This document shows positions 24,149-35,693 of a DNA stretch of 64,000 nt, one piece after another. The notes under the pieces were generated by a model, which searched no databases, was not told the origin of the DNA, and saw only the letters and a list, made by a program, of their open reading frames with translations. Location: contig NC_045724.1 in assembly GCF_009834535.1 (NCBI RefSeq), forward strand, positions 18,972,001-19,036,000, read 5' to 3'. Position 1 is the first letter of the stretch. Each line of letters starts with the position of its first letter. The stretch comes from Camelus ferus. Lineage: Eukaryota. Made by a program: the position numbers and the translations under genes.

Positions 24149-24949
24149 TCATATGCTCTGAAACTTCATCAGCAAGTGAAAAATAGTAAAGGAAAAAAAA
24201 ATTGAGACTCCAAAGAGCTGAAAAACTGTTGCGGGAATACAGAATTCTAAGTGTTGACACCAGAGAATCGGATATGGCTGAGAAACAGTGGCGTCTGTCC
24301 TGAAACATCATGCTTATCTGATCCAAAGTTGTTACAACTCATAGCAAGAGAGATCCGTCATAAAGGCGGATGATCAAGGTTGCTATGGAGATGGTGTAGG
24401 AGATGATTCAGAATATTGCCCAGGTATATATTTCCTTGAATATTGATAAGTCCTATGCAGCATGGGTCAGGCTATGATAAAGTGATTTGAATGGCAGAAA
24501 TTCCTAGTGACTCTGTCCTTAGGCTGTGCCCATCACGTGTAACCCACACTTAGTTGTTGTTATAGGTATGAAAGTGGAAATTTCCAAATGACACTCTGTA
24601 TCGCAAAGTTACACACACAGGGTGGTTTTCAGTTTTGAGTATGCATGAGAATCACTAAGTACGCTAAATACAAAAGTCAGTTTTATTCTGATTCAGGGGA
24701 TCTGCAGACATGTTTTGAGATGCATTGCTTTAAAATGAAAGAATGGGAAGCATAGAGATTTTGACTTGTTTTCTTGGTAAATGGTCCTGTTCATACTCTT
24801 TGGAAGCAGTTCCATCAGCTACAAAATGTTAAGCATCCGTGAAGAAAGGAAAATATGTTTTATCATTGTTCAGAGCTCTATTCTCATGTGGTCATGATGA
24901 CTCCAAAACTTATACTCCTAACCTAGAACTTTTTTCAACCCCAAGTGTG

Positions 24950-25500
24950 CACATCCAGCTGTCTGTTGGATGCGTCTGCTTGGATGCAAGTAAGTATACT
25001 TCTCCCACTTCACAGAGCCACTAAACTCCTCCCTCTGAGCCTGGGCTACCTATAGCTTTCCCTATTTCAATTAATGGCAACACCATTCTTTCAGCTGCTC
25101 AGGCCAAACAACTAAAAAAACTTGGAGTCATCTAGGAAATTATTTTCTTTTTTCCATATCCCATATCCAGTTGGCTCACAAATCCCTTTGCCTCTACCTT
25201 CAAAATGTATCTAGAATCTGATCATTCTTCCCCACCCCTTGCTACCTCCTGGTCCTAGCTTTGAAGCTTCTCTTCCCTGAATTATTGCAGGTTTCCCTAC
25301 TGGTCTCCTTGCTTCCATTCTTGTTGCCTTATAATCTGTTCTCAACACAGCAGTCAGAGTGTTCTTCTAAAATAAAAACTGCATCCTGTCCTTCTTCAGC
25401 CCCGAGCCCCATGTCATTCAGTGTAACAGCTGGAAAACTGGGATTGACCTGTAAGGTTTGAGATCTCTCTGATCTCTTCTTGCACCTCTCTCCCAACTGG
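24950..25500 (+). mobile_element. L2 fragment
   Basis: tttcaattaatggcaacaccattctttcagctgctcaggcca...cttggagtcatct...ctctaccttcaaaatgtatctagaatctg matches L2. Confidence 0.85.
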
Positions 25501-25924
25501 GAATCTTTGTAAAGAGGATCAGGAGTCATTCGTTTTAGAATTTATTTTAATACTAGTATTTTCAAAGAAAAAAGGAATAAATGTACAAGATAAAAAAGGA
25601 ATAAATGTATAGTGAAAAGTAAGTCATTTCCTATCCCAAGCTGGCAGATCCCTAACCCTCCAGACTCCCATTGCCTGTCCCCAGAAGTAATCGCTCTTAC
25701 CACCTTCTCGTGTAAGAAGGAGCCATATAAACCTGGGGAAACCATATGAAAATAAATGCTTGCTTCTTATTGTTAACAATGAAAACTTTGATTCATAGGC
25801 ATTAAAAGGAAGAGCAAGCTCAAATGATACCACCTCTAGGAACCCTCTTCTTGATGAAGCCAGGCAGACGTTGTCACTGCCTCCCAGACTCCTTCGTGTC
25901 TTTTTATAACTATCATTATTTTTT

Positions 25925-26430
25925 GGTGGCAAAATAAAATAATATAAAATTTGCCATTTAAATTATTTTTAAGTGAACAGATCAGTGGCATTAAATGCAT
26001 TCACATTATTATATAACCATCACCACTGTCCATTTCCAGAACTTTCTCTTCATCCCAAACAGAAGCTCTGTGCCCATTCAACACTATTCCTCATTCCTTC
26101 TCCCCCTATCCCCTGGCAGCNNNNNNNNNNNNNNNNNNNNNNNNNNNNNNNNNNNNNNNNNNNNNNNNNNNNNNNNNNNNNNNNNNNNNNNNNNNNNNNN
26201 NNNNNNNNNNNNNNNNNNNNNNNNNNNNNNNNNNNNNNNNNNNNNNNNNNNNNNNNNNNNNNNNNNNNNNNNNNNNNNNNNNNNNNNNNNNNNNNNNNNN
26301 NNNNNNNNNNNNNNNNNNNNNNNNNNNNNNNNNNNNNNNNNNNNNNNNNNGGTTTGTTTGCACCTTTTGGCTATTGTGAATAATGTGAACATTGGTGTAC
26401 AAGTATCTGTTTGAGTTCATCCTTTTAATT
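25925..26430 (-). mobile_element. L1 (L1MB-like) 3' end with an internal N-run
   Basis: aaaatttgccatttaaattatttttaagtg...cagtggcattaaatgcattcaca...ttccagaactttctcttcatccca; ORF2 end remnant FTLFTIAKRCKQ on the minus strand. Confidence 0.9.
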
Positions 26431-26489
26431 CTTTTGTACCCTTTTTAGAATATACTGTGATTTTCTGTAGTTGATGCACAGATACTTTC

Positions 26490-26770
26490 AAGTCCCTATT
26501 AGATTCTAATTCCTTGAGAGCAGGGCTTATAATTTTTTTTTTTTTCACTCACAAGCTCACTCATTTGATCGTTCAACAATTATATACTGAGCACCTGCTG
26601 AGTTCTGGGCACTGTGCTAGACTTTGGGGACACAGCGCACAATGGCATGACCTCTCTCCTCTTGCTGCAATAGGTCTAGTGAGGGACACTTTTTTTCCTC
26701 TCATTTCATCTAGAACAATGCTTTGCACATTGTCAATATTCCACAAGTGTTTGTTGACTTGGTTGACTTA
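26490..26770. mobile_element. L2 3'-end fragments (nested, opposite orientations)
   Basis: ctcatttgatcgttcaacaattatatactgagcacctg... and tctagaacaatgctttgcacattg...gtttgttgac. Confidence 0.6.
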
Positions 26771-28834
26771 GTGACTTCGTGTGTCCTCAGTGGTTCCTGA
26801 GAGTGTCATATCAGTGATTGGATGGCAGTAAAAATATCTCGAACAAATGTAAGCTCTGTGAGGTTAGGACTCATGCCTTTCTTGTTCACTATTATGTTTC
26901 TAGCCAATAGGATGGTGTCTAGCACACAGTTTGGGTTTGATAACTTCATGAATGCTGGTGACATAATTTTTTGTAATGAACTCTGACAAGTTCTGATGAA
27001 CTCTCCCCATGTATTATGGTTGGAAAAACTGGGCATTTAAGAAAAGTCAGAAAATTAGTGACCCAGTCAGAAACAGAACCTGGGTCTCCTGACCTGCAAT
27101 CTGATGCACTGTGCTCTTGATCACACACAATTAGAACTGATGCTCCACCTTTCTGCGAAAGACGTGAACTTCAATTAAGTGTAATCACACACAGCGTGGA
27201 GAAGGTTTAAGGCCTTTAAAGTTCCTAAAAATGATAATGAATCAGGTGCTAAAATAAGCTTGTTAAATGCTATTCTTAAATAACAAAGATAGTAGCATAT
27301 GATGATGAATTGCTATTTCTGCTGTGAGGGGTGAGGTGTTACTGTGCTGCCTGCTTGGGAAGGCCTCAGCACCCTGTGTCTAACTTTATATATTATTTCT
27401 CTGCTCATTCGGCTTAACATCATTCTTGGGGCTTGGAAATGATTTTCAGTTCTTGACTGTCAATAGATTATTTAGGCCTTTTGGATCTTTTCAAGCAACC
27501 TGGTTTGGAAACATTTAATCCTATGTTATATGAGTTAAAGTTCTAATCACTTAATTTCATTAGGAATTCTGGCTAAATTTTTCATGAAGTAGAAGGTTGA
27601 GGCCTTTAATTATTAAAACATTGTTGAATTTCTTGTGGATCTTAAAGCCAAGCTGTCCTAAAAATTTTAGATATTTCAGTTTCAAAAGATCCTCAAATAT
27701 TTGAAATATGTAAATCCACTTTTTAATTAAACCTAAGAAGAGCACAGATTGGAAACCCAAGGAGAGCATAGACTATATTCATATCCAGTCTCAGCTGATC
27801 ACACCCTGAAACCATCACTGGTCCACTGATGGTACAGGGAATAGATGGCCTTAACTCACAAGGCAAACCATTTTGTGTGTATACATATATAGCATTTGAT
27901 ATTTTAAGAAGAGTGAAGTGAACAGCTTGAAGAGAACAGAATGCCACAGTGCTGGCCCCAAGTTGAGAGGGGCCTGGATACTGTTTGAAAAAGTGTGCCT
28001 AAAGTTCAGACTCATTGCCCTTGTTAATGCTCAGACTTTTTAGACAATGAAATATGTTTTTGCCTTTATGTCAGTAGGAAATGCTCAGATGTCTGCAGAC
28101 TTACTGTAATTTGTCATAAGAATGCAGCTGTTCCATCATTTTGTTGTTGCTATTGTTTGTGCGTTTCCCATAGCATACTTTCCTAGAGTCAGGAGAAGGA
28201 AGATAAAATGGCCAAGTGGTAGCCCGTGACGTTTGGTCCTTACTACGAACCTTATGTGTTAGGGTGAAATATGTACAAATGTGTGTTGTGATAGGAAATC
28301 TGACCTGATAACCTGATAACCAGAGTGCATATGGTGAAATCAAAGAAATGAAAATGGAGTTCTATCAAAAGTGATTGTCTTGGTGACTGACTCAGTTTTG
28401 ATGTGTTGGTTTCCTTGGTGCTGCTCTGTGTGTGTCCCAGAGAATGATGGGGGCTCTTTCTCCAGCAGGCTACCTTGGCTCCCTACCCAATGCGTGTAAT
28501 AAAAGAGCAGGAGCTGACATGAGAGAGCCTCCTTGTCATTAAGCTCCTCCCCTGATCTTGCCAACTGTCTGGGCCCAGGAGAGGAGTGATCAGTTGTTCC
28601 TGTCCTTTTGGTCACTTACATGTACCTTTCAGAAGAGAGTTTGACATTTTGTGATACAGGTGGAGAGAGGCAGTCAGGATAGGGAGAACTGAGGCTAGAG
28701 GTAGGAGGAAAATATAGGAAGACAAATTTCGGGTTGAATATTCTCTCCAACATCTGTGACAGTGAACAGAAAGTTAACGCCTTGGCAGTTCTAGCCACTA
28801 ATAACATATACAGCTTATCGAGGTCCCATGTGCT

Positions 28835-29045
28835 GCGCTAAGTGCTTGGCAGGTAGTACCTCATTAAATTCTTACAACACCCCATGAAGTAGGCATTATC
28901 CTTTATCAACACTTTGCACATAAGGAAGCCAAGAGCCACAGAGAAAGTAGTTTTTCTAAGATTATGCAGCAAGAAGGAGCAGAAATGAGAATTCAAACTC
29001 AGGTATGGTCTGACCCTAAAACCACTGTGCCATTCTGCATCTCCA
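28835..29045 (-). mobile_element. MIR SINE
   Basis: attcttacaacaccccatgaagtaggcattatcc...aagccaagagccacagag matches the reverse MIR. Confidence 0.7.
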
Positions 29046-29849
29046 GAATAAAGCAGGCCCCTTTCCCAATCCTGGACAGCTCCACAGAAAGTCCACAAAT
29101 GGTCTGAAGATGCCTCCCTAAGATTAATCAACTGGCCAACTGGAGCCCTGGCCCCTCTTGTGCCTCCAAAGGAGTTTCCAGAATTAATGTCTAGGTATGG
29201 ATCCTCATCATCTGAATTTTCTTCACGTCATGAGACTATGTAGGCTCCTTTTGTCCAGCAGAGATTGTGCCACTATTAGAAGAGAGATATTTTCCAGACC
29301 TCTTTTTCTTTTCACAGCTCTGCATATTCTTATGCAGTTGTCATCAAGTTGTTACTTTAATACCGCAGTCAATCATATATAACATTACAGCAAAACACAC
29401 CTGACGTGCTCATTAAAACAAATACCACATTTGCATAATCACTGTCAATAGAGTGATACACACACAAAGGCAGGTGGAAAACTAATGAGGTTTGTTCAAA
29501 CAGCGGCCACCCTACTCACGCATGTGTTCCAGGAACTTTTATGGGGCTCCCCACCTTCCTCTCACCTTCCTAGCCTCACTTCTCTTAGAAGAGTCTAGAC
29601 TAGTAATGTTAACCGGAAAGTTGTAGAGGAGGATGGAAGGGAGGAATCTGACGAAAACTAAAGATGATAGTAAGAGAGTGACATTAAGGGAATAAGGGTT
29701 ATTTCAGAGTGGGTGTTACCAAATAGGAGTGAGGACAAAGGAGGACCTTCAGGTGGAGCCATCATCTGATATGATGACATGATGGTTACATGTGTTTGAA
29801 GAGGATGATCCACAGTGGAACAGGCTTGAAGGTTCAGGGCCTGTAGTAT

Positions 29850-30030
29850 GACTGATGCCGGGTAATCTCATTTGATCATCTTGATCCCACTACGAGACAG
29901 GGTTATTACCCTACTTTTTGCAGATGGGGACCCCAAGGCTGTAAATGGTAATCAACTTGCCTGAGCTCACATAGCCAAGAAGTGTCAAAATGGGGACTGG
30001 GACTCAAGAATCCTGACTCCATGACCAAAT
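29850..30030 (-). mobile_element. MIR SINE
   Basis: ttattaccctactttttgcagatgggga...aacttgcctgagctcacatagccaagaagtg. Confidence 0.8.
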
Positions 30031-30322
30031 AGGTAGACATTCTAATGGGTGTGCAGACGATTGTCCTGCCTTTGGGGGAGGGAGACGCTCTAGCAGCAGG
30101 AAGCAGAGGCCCAGCTATGGAACTAGGATTTGGCGATAGGTCTGGAGTCTGTAGAAGGACCCCTGGTAGCGAGTAAGCATCCCAGGGTCTCATAATCAGA
30201 AGATCCTGGAGCCAAGGCAGAGAGAATGGGGAATAAGACAGCAGTCAGTTTGATAAAGCACTATGCTGGACACTTTTTAACAGTCCATTGAAGGTGGGAT
30301 TATCTCTTTTTTAAAAGGATTG

Positions 30323-30448
30323 TAGTAGCTTACTGTGAAAAATAATATGAAAATGAATATATGTATATTCATGTATGACTGAAGCATCGTACGGTACACC
30401 AGAAATTGACACAACGTTATAAACTGACTGTACTTTGATAAAAAAAAT
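30323..30448 (+). mobile_element. 5'-truncated L1 3' end with 10-bp TSD
   Basis: aatatatgtatattcatgtatgactgaagcatcgtacggtacaccagaaattgacacaacgttataaactgactgtactttgataaaaaaa; flanks AAAAGGATTG (30313-30322) and AAAAGGGTTG (30449-30458) at a TT|AAAA site. Confidence 0.88.
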
Positions 30449-31084
30449 AAAAGGGTTGGTTCTGCATCGGGGCTCATATTGGGAAGGAGAATCGTGCAAT
30501 CATGCCTACGATAGGCCCCTCAGGGTAGTCCCTCCATAGGTTTAAACTGACCTCCAGACTTTTCTTTGTGCTCTAGCATGTGTCATGGTCCCTTGGACAT
30601 AAAACGTGTTCTGCAAATGTTCATGATGGTGACTAATCACCAAAAGTCCTGGCAGTAAGACAGTTTCATGCAGCTAGTGGCTTCCTTGCCTAGACTCTGA
30701 GGAATAATAAGGCTCCGGTGGTTTGTTGGGATTGTGAATCATGAAAGCTTGTCCTGTTCTCCAACGGAATATACATTCTTCACCAAGGGGCCCTGTGCCT
30801 GGGGGTGGAGGGTGGGCAGACAGGCACTGAAGCTTTATTTGAAAAGTAGTTTGGGTCTTTAACAGAACCCTGCCAGTTTTTTTTTTTTCTTTTTAAACAT
30901 GGTTCATTCAAGTATTCTTTTGTGCTTCTTCTTTAACATTCTTTTGGGGTAAATTGTTATGTGTAAATAAAGTTTTAAAGACTTAGACTCCTCATTCTAA
31001 CCTTGCTTTTGAGCTCATAACAGTTTCATAAGATCATCAGTGACCACTAATCACTAAATTCAATTTTGAACTCTCCCTGCAAGA

Positions 31085-31420
31085 AATAAATACTTTAAGG
31101 CAAAATGAGGTTTGGCCAGGGAGGCAGGGGCCAGGTTTCCTCAAAGATTCTGACATTTACCTTAAGAGCAATAGGATGTAATTCACTAGCCTATTTAAGC
31201 AAGGAGGTGATGTGATCAGAAATGGATTTTGGAAAACTGATTGTGGAATTTAGATTGGAGATCACAGCAGAGACATGGAAACCAGTCAGTAAACAGCTTC
31301 AGAAGTCCAGGTGACAGATGGTAAGTGTTTAGACTGGAGTGATGGCAATGAAGATGGAAGTAAGGGGATGGATTTGAGAGATACTTAGGAGGTCAAATCA
31401 ACAGGATTTGGTGGTAGAGG
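31085..31420 (-). mobile_element. L2 fragment
   Basis: aagcaaggaggtgatgtgatcaga...gaagtccaggtgacagatgg...atggatttgagagatacttaggagg. Confidence 0.8.
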
Positions 31421-33208
31421 GTACGGAAAAGTACTTGTTAAGAATATATTTTACTTCTCCCTTTGTGTTTCAGCTACACTGACTGGAGCCACATGCTATC
31501 CAATTTAGTTCAATCCTCATCTACACTGATGAGGCAACAAAGGGATATTAAATGGTTTGCTTAAGGTCAAAGCAGACTCTTGTCTTCCAGGTCAGGGCTC
31601 CTTCTGCCATGTAGCCTGCCCTTTCATTCATGCGTGTTATCCTATTCTAATGTGACCAAGAGAGCCCCGCAGAAAATAAGGAAACAAATAGTGTGTGACT
31701 GCTTATTCAGCTCTAGTGAAACCATTCATTTTACTTAATTAAGTTCTTTTTAGAAAAATCCAAAGTAGAGTCAGAGTCTGGTAAAGCTAATAATAGTGTA
31801 TTTCTTGGGACAAAAAGTCTTTAGAACAACTTCAGTCCATGAAATTATATTTGAAAAATGCTCATGTATTACCCTTGGCTAATGATATGATGATAATGTG
31901 AAATAAAGATTAAAGGTCAGTTGTCAAATGTGGCTATTAGCCAAAAAGTCTTTCAGACAGTGTTTCCTGAAACTCTTTGAGCCTTGACATGGTTGATGAA
32001 CAGAGTGGGTTAGAGCTGTGACTCATCGAGTCTCCTGTCCGGCAGTAGCAGCCTGCATGTGTTCAAGTCCCGAGTTATCTGATGTTCCTTTGTTAAACAG
32101 CTTCAGAGTGCACTTTGTCAGCCTTTAATTAATGGAAGGCTAAAGTGACAGTGCTCAATTGTGAGCTTTGGGGACTATTAGGGAAAGTGCTTATGTCATG
32201 AATTAATACCCTTCACCACCACAGAGCCCCGAGTTAATGCTTTCACGCAGTTGGGAAGATATGGGCAGTCTGTAACAATGATCTTGAGGTGGGAAATGAT
32301 GAAGTGATCATTGTCAGAGGTGTAATGGATGTCATATTGTGAATAGCTGTGCTCCATTCAGCGAGGCCATGGTTAGGTATTGAAGATAAAAGCATTTGCA
32401 GCCTCTTTATCCACTATGACTTTTAAAAGTTCTAGAATTTTAAAAACAAGCATTAGAAATGACCCCTCCAAAGTACTTTTCAAGTTTACCAAGGATTACC
32501 ATGGCAACTAGATTATCGCATGACTAAAGAAAGCGTGTCTAATGACGTTTTTCAGCCTGTGTGCAAGTTCTCTGTTTATCAAGGAGGAAATGGCAGGGGT
32601 TGAGACCATCATGCTCTTTGTTAAAGAAGAGAATGAAAAATTTCTGGAGGAGATGTGTACTCTTAGCTATATGCAGGAAGGCTGGCAAAAGCCTCTACAT
32701 TAATCTTCACATAAGTGCCTGATGACATTGAAAGGATGAAGTTGTTCAGTGGGACACCATTGCTCCCTGCAGGAAAGTCAGACAGGCAGTTTTAACTATG
32801 GAAGCAGCATTGGGATGATCTGGTGGTGGCTTCTTTTCCACATACAGTTTTGTGTTCACTTATGTTCACCATTTGTGTTTTATGTTCACCTATGTGCTGA
32901 ATTTAATACCCTCCTGGGTGATTCTTTTTTTTTCTTCATGATTTGAAAGTGCCAGCAGGAACCAAGGTCAAGCCTTGTTACACATTTTCAGAGGATGTTA
33001 TATAATTGCCACTCTGGGATTTCGCTTCAAGTTTTATAGACTAGGTTTTTTGTTTGTCATCTATGTATGTCTTCTTAGAAAACTCCTTGTTTCTTTGAAA
33101 TGTACTGCAAGCATTTATCACCAAAACACACTAACCTTTGGTGAAGAAAATAGCAACAAAGCTATTTGAAATGGAAGTTTTTGTTTTATTTTTAAAATTT
33201 CAACCCAC

Positions 33209-33319
33209 GGGAGGAGGGTATAGCTCAGTGGTAGAGAGGTCTTGGGTTCAATCCCCAGTACCCCCAGTAAAAAATAATATAAACAAACAAACAAACCTAA
33301 TTACCACCCCCCCAAAAGT
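33209..33319 (+). mobile_element. Vic-1 camelid SINE with a 19-bp anticodon-arm deletion and 11-bp TSD
   Basis: A box TAGCTCAGTGG (from 33221), B box GGTTCAATCCC (33245-33255), tail AAACAAACCTAATTACCACCCCCCC; flanks ATTTCAACCCA at 33197-33207 and 33320-33330. Confidence 0.9.
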
Positions 33320-33399
33320 ATTTCAACCCAAATTCATATAATTATAGACCCAGGTGATTTTTCTTCCTTGATTCTATTTGAAATTACCACACCATTATA

Positions 33400-34260
33400 T
33401 GCTTAGAAGTATACAGTCTTCTGGTTGGAAGGTACTTTAATAGTAATCCACCTAGCCTCAGTTCTAATGCTATCATTGACTGGACAGCAATAATGGTTAA
33501 ACAATTCTTTCTTTTATTAAACTAAAACTTGATACCTGAAAACATCCATCCACTGATCTTTGCTTTTCTCTCTGGATAAATGAAAGTACAGTATGCCAGC
33601 AATGGATTCTCCAATGGATTATTTAAGTGCCACTAGGCCAGAGGTTAAAGGCTTGTGCAGAATGGGGTGAGACTCATCTGGAGGGAAATTGGACCTTGCT
33701 TGGGCTAGACATCGAAGGAGGTGATAACCTTGTTTTTACTTATGCCTTCCTCTCAGTCTTTCCCAAAATTATACACATATTTTAGTTTTGTTACAGGAGA
33801 GAAGAGCAGTTGGCTCAGGGAACATAGGGCAGAGGTTCAAAGCTGAGATGTTTCCGGAACTTGGAGATATAGGATTTTGGTCTTTAGACTTTTGCAACCT
33901 TGAAGTGAATCTAAGTTGTTGAGGTATTTGGAGAGAGACTCCACAGAGTTTAGGAGCATTAGAGAGAGGAATTTCACAGATTCATGGACTCTCAGGATAG
34001 TTATGGAACTTCCCACTACTGTGAAACTCACCACTTCCTGTGAGCAGCTTAACTTTTGAACTGCTCATTGAATAGTTCTTCTTGTGTTGGGTTAAACACC
34101 ATTTGTTTCCCTGTAACTTGGGCTCATTGGTCCTAGTTCTTTCATCTGTGTGACAACCTTCACTAATTTGCCCCTAACAGCCCCAAGTTCTTTTCAAGAT
34201 GATTCTTCTCCCAGCTAAATCTTCCCAGTTTTATTAATAGTTTTTATCTGAAGTGAATTC
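33400..34260 (-). mobile_element. L3/CR1-like ancient LINE fragments
   Basis: gttcttcttgtgttgggttaaacaccatttgtttccctgtaacttgggctcattggtcctagttct resembles the recalled antisense L3/CR1 3' region. Confidence 0.55.
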
Positions 34261-34389
34261 AAAGAAAATTTATTATCCTGGGTCCTTCACTGAACTTAAA
34301 AATGTTTAAATCATAGACTTTCTGGACTGACCCTGTAATTCTTATTTTTTGCTCTTCATTTCCAACTCATTCTCTTTTGGTCCCATTTT

Positions 34390-35330
34390 TAATTTTCTTG
34401 GAGATTTTTTTCTTTCAACACTTCAGTTAAATTTTTCATTTGGTTATAATTTTAACTTCCAGGACTTTCTTATTCTCTGATGCTTCCTTTTTCATAGCAT
34501 CCCAGTTTTGCGTTATGAATGTGATGGATTCTCTTATTCTTTTGAAGATGATTATGATTTTAAAATAATCATACTCATCTGATTCATTTTCTATAATTCC
34601 ATTTTTTCTCCAGTCTCCTTTTCCCTTTTGCATGTTTTACATTTTCCTTCACTTTTCTTAAGTGTTTTAATTTCTGGCTGTTCATTTTTACTATAAAGGG
34701 AGGCAATGAAATGTTGGTCAGAAGCTCCGGGTACTTGTGGAAGACTTGTCCAAATCTCCAAATGCCAGTATGTTAGAAGAATACCACGACCTCTTCCTCT
34801 CTGGAGGGTGCGTGTGTGTGTACCTGTCTGTAGGTACTACGGGAGTGGGATGAGGGAAGACTTTCATTGTCTGCTTTCCCTTTTATCCTGTTTTCTTCTG
34901 TGTGTCTGGTGACCCTAAAATTAGAGGTTCTCTGGCTCAATTTCTCTAGAGAATAATCCTCCAGTTTCCTGTAGGGAAAGGATAATCTATGATCTGGCTG
35001 TTCATTGACTGTGCAGTAAGGGAGGCTGGAGATCAACCAGTTGGTATAGATTTTTAAGGTACTTACCTGTTTTTAGCCTCACTCTCTACTCTTGCTTTCG
35101 AGCGCTATGCTTCTCAGGGGCTGTGAAGCTGCATGGCTCTTCTCTGGCCATGGTCTCTTTCTCTAGGCTCTACGGTTGAAATACCATCCACTCTTTTAAG
35201 ACAGTTACTTTCCACCTGGTTTCCATCTTTTAAAGATACCTGTTCTTGTCTTCTCTCCCATTCTCTCTTTCCTTCTGGTTGGATACCATTTTATTTTATT
35301 TACTTTTTTAATTTACTTACAGGTTTGGGA
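34390..35330 (-). mobile_element. Old L1M 5'/ORF1-region remnant
   Basis: T-rich antisense L1-like text (ttttaacttccaggactttcttattctctgatgcttcc...). Confidence 0.5.
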
Positions 35331-35693
35331 GGGAGCAGAGATAAATGGCAGTCCTCTGTGCTTGGAAGTCTACCACTCCCTCACTTTTCAGAGGGAGAAG
35401 GAGATACTCTGGGAGGTGGGTGGACTTCCTCAAAGGTGCACATTGCAGTGGATGGAGGGCACAGGCTCTGGAGTCAGTTGTGGCTTTGAGTCCTTGAACT
35501 CCAGGGGTCTGGCTGAGGTTGGAGGAGATCCTGAGCATCTGCCTGGGAGGGTTTACCCAGTGTTGGTCAAAGATGTTTCTCCTTGGGAGGGAATCCCTGG
35601 GGTTCAATTAAATACTCAAAATTCCTGCCTGCTGGGGAATGGAAGCGCCTGGAGAGGCAGAGCAAGACAGGCAGGATTAGGAAGTCAGAGTCC

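Noticed and set aside
24036-33319. tRNA-Ala genes at 24036-24148 and 33209-33319
   Set aside because: Both carry the Vic-1 SINE tail and diverged stems; one lacks the anticodon arm and has a TSD. They are SINEs, not tRNA genes.
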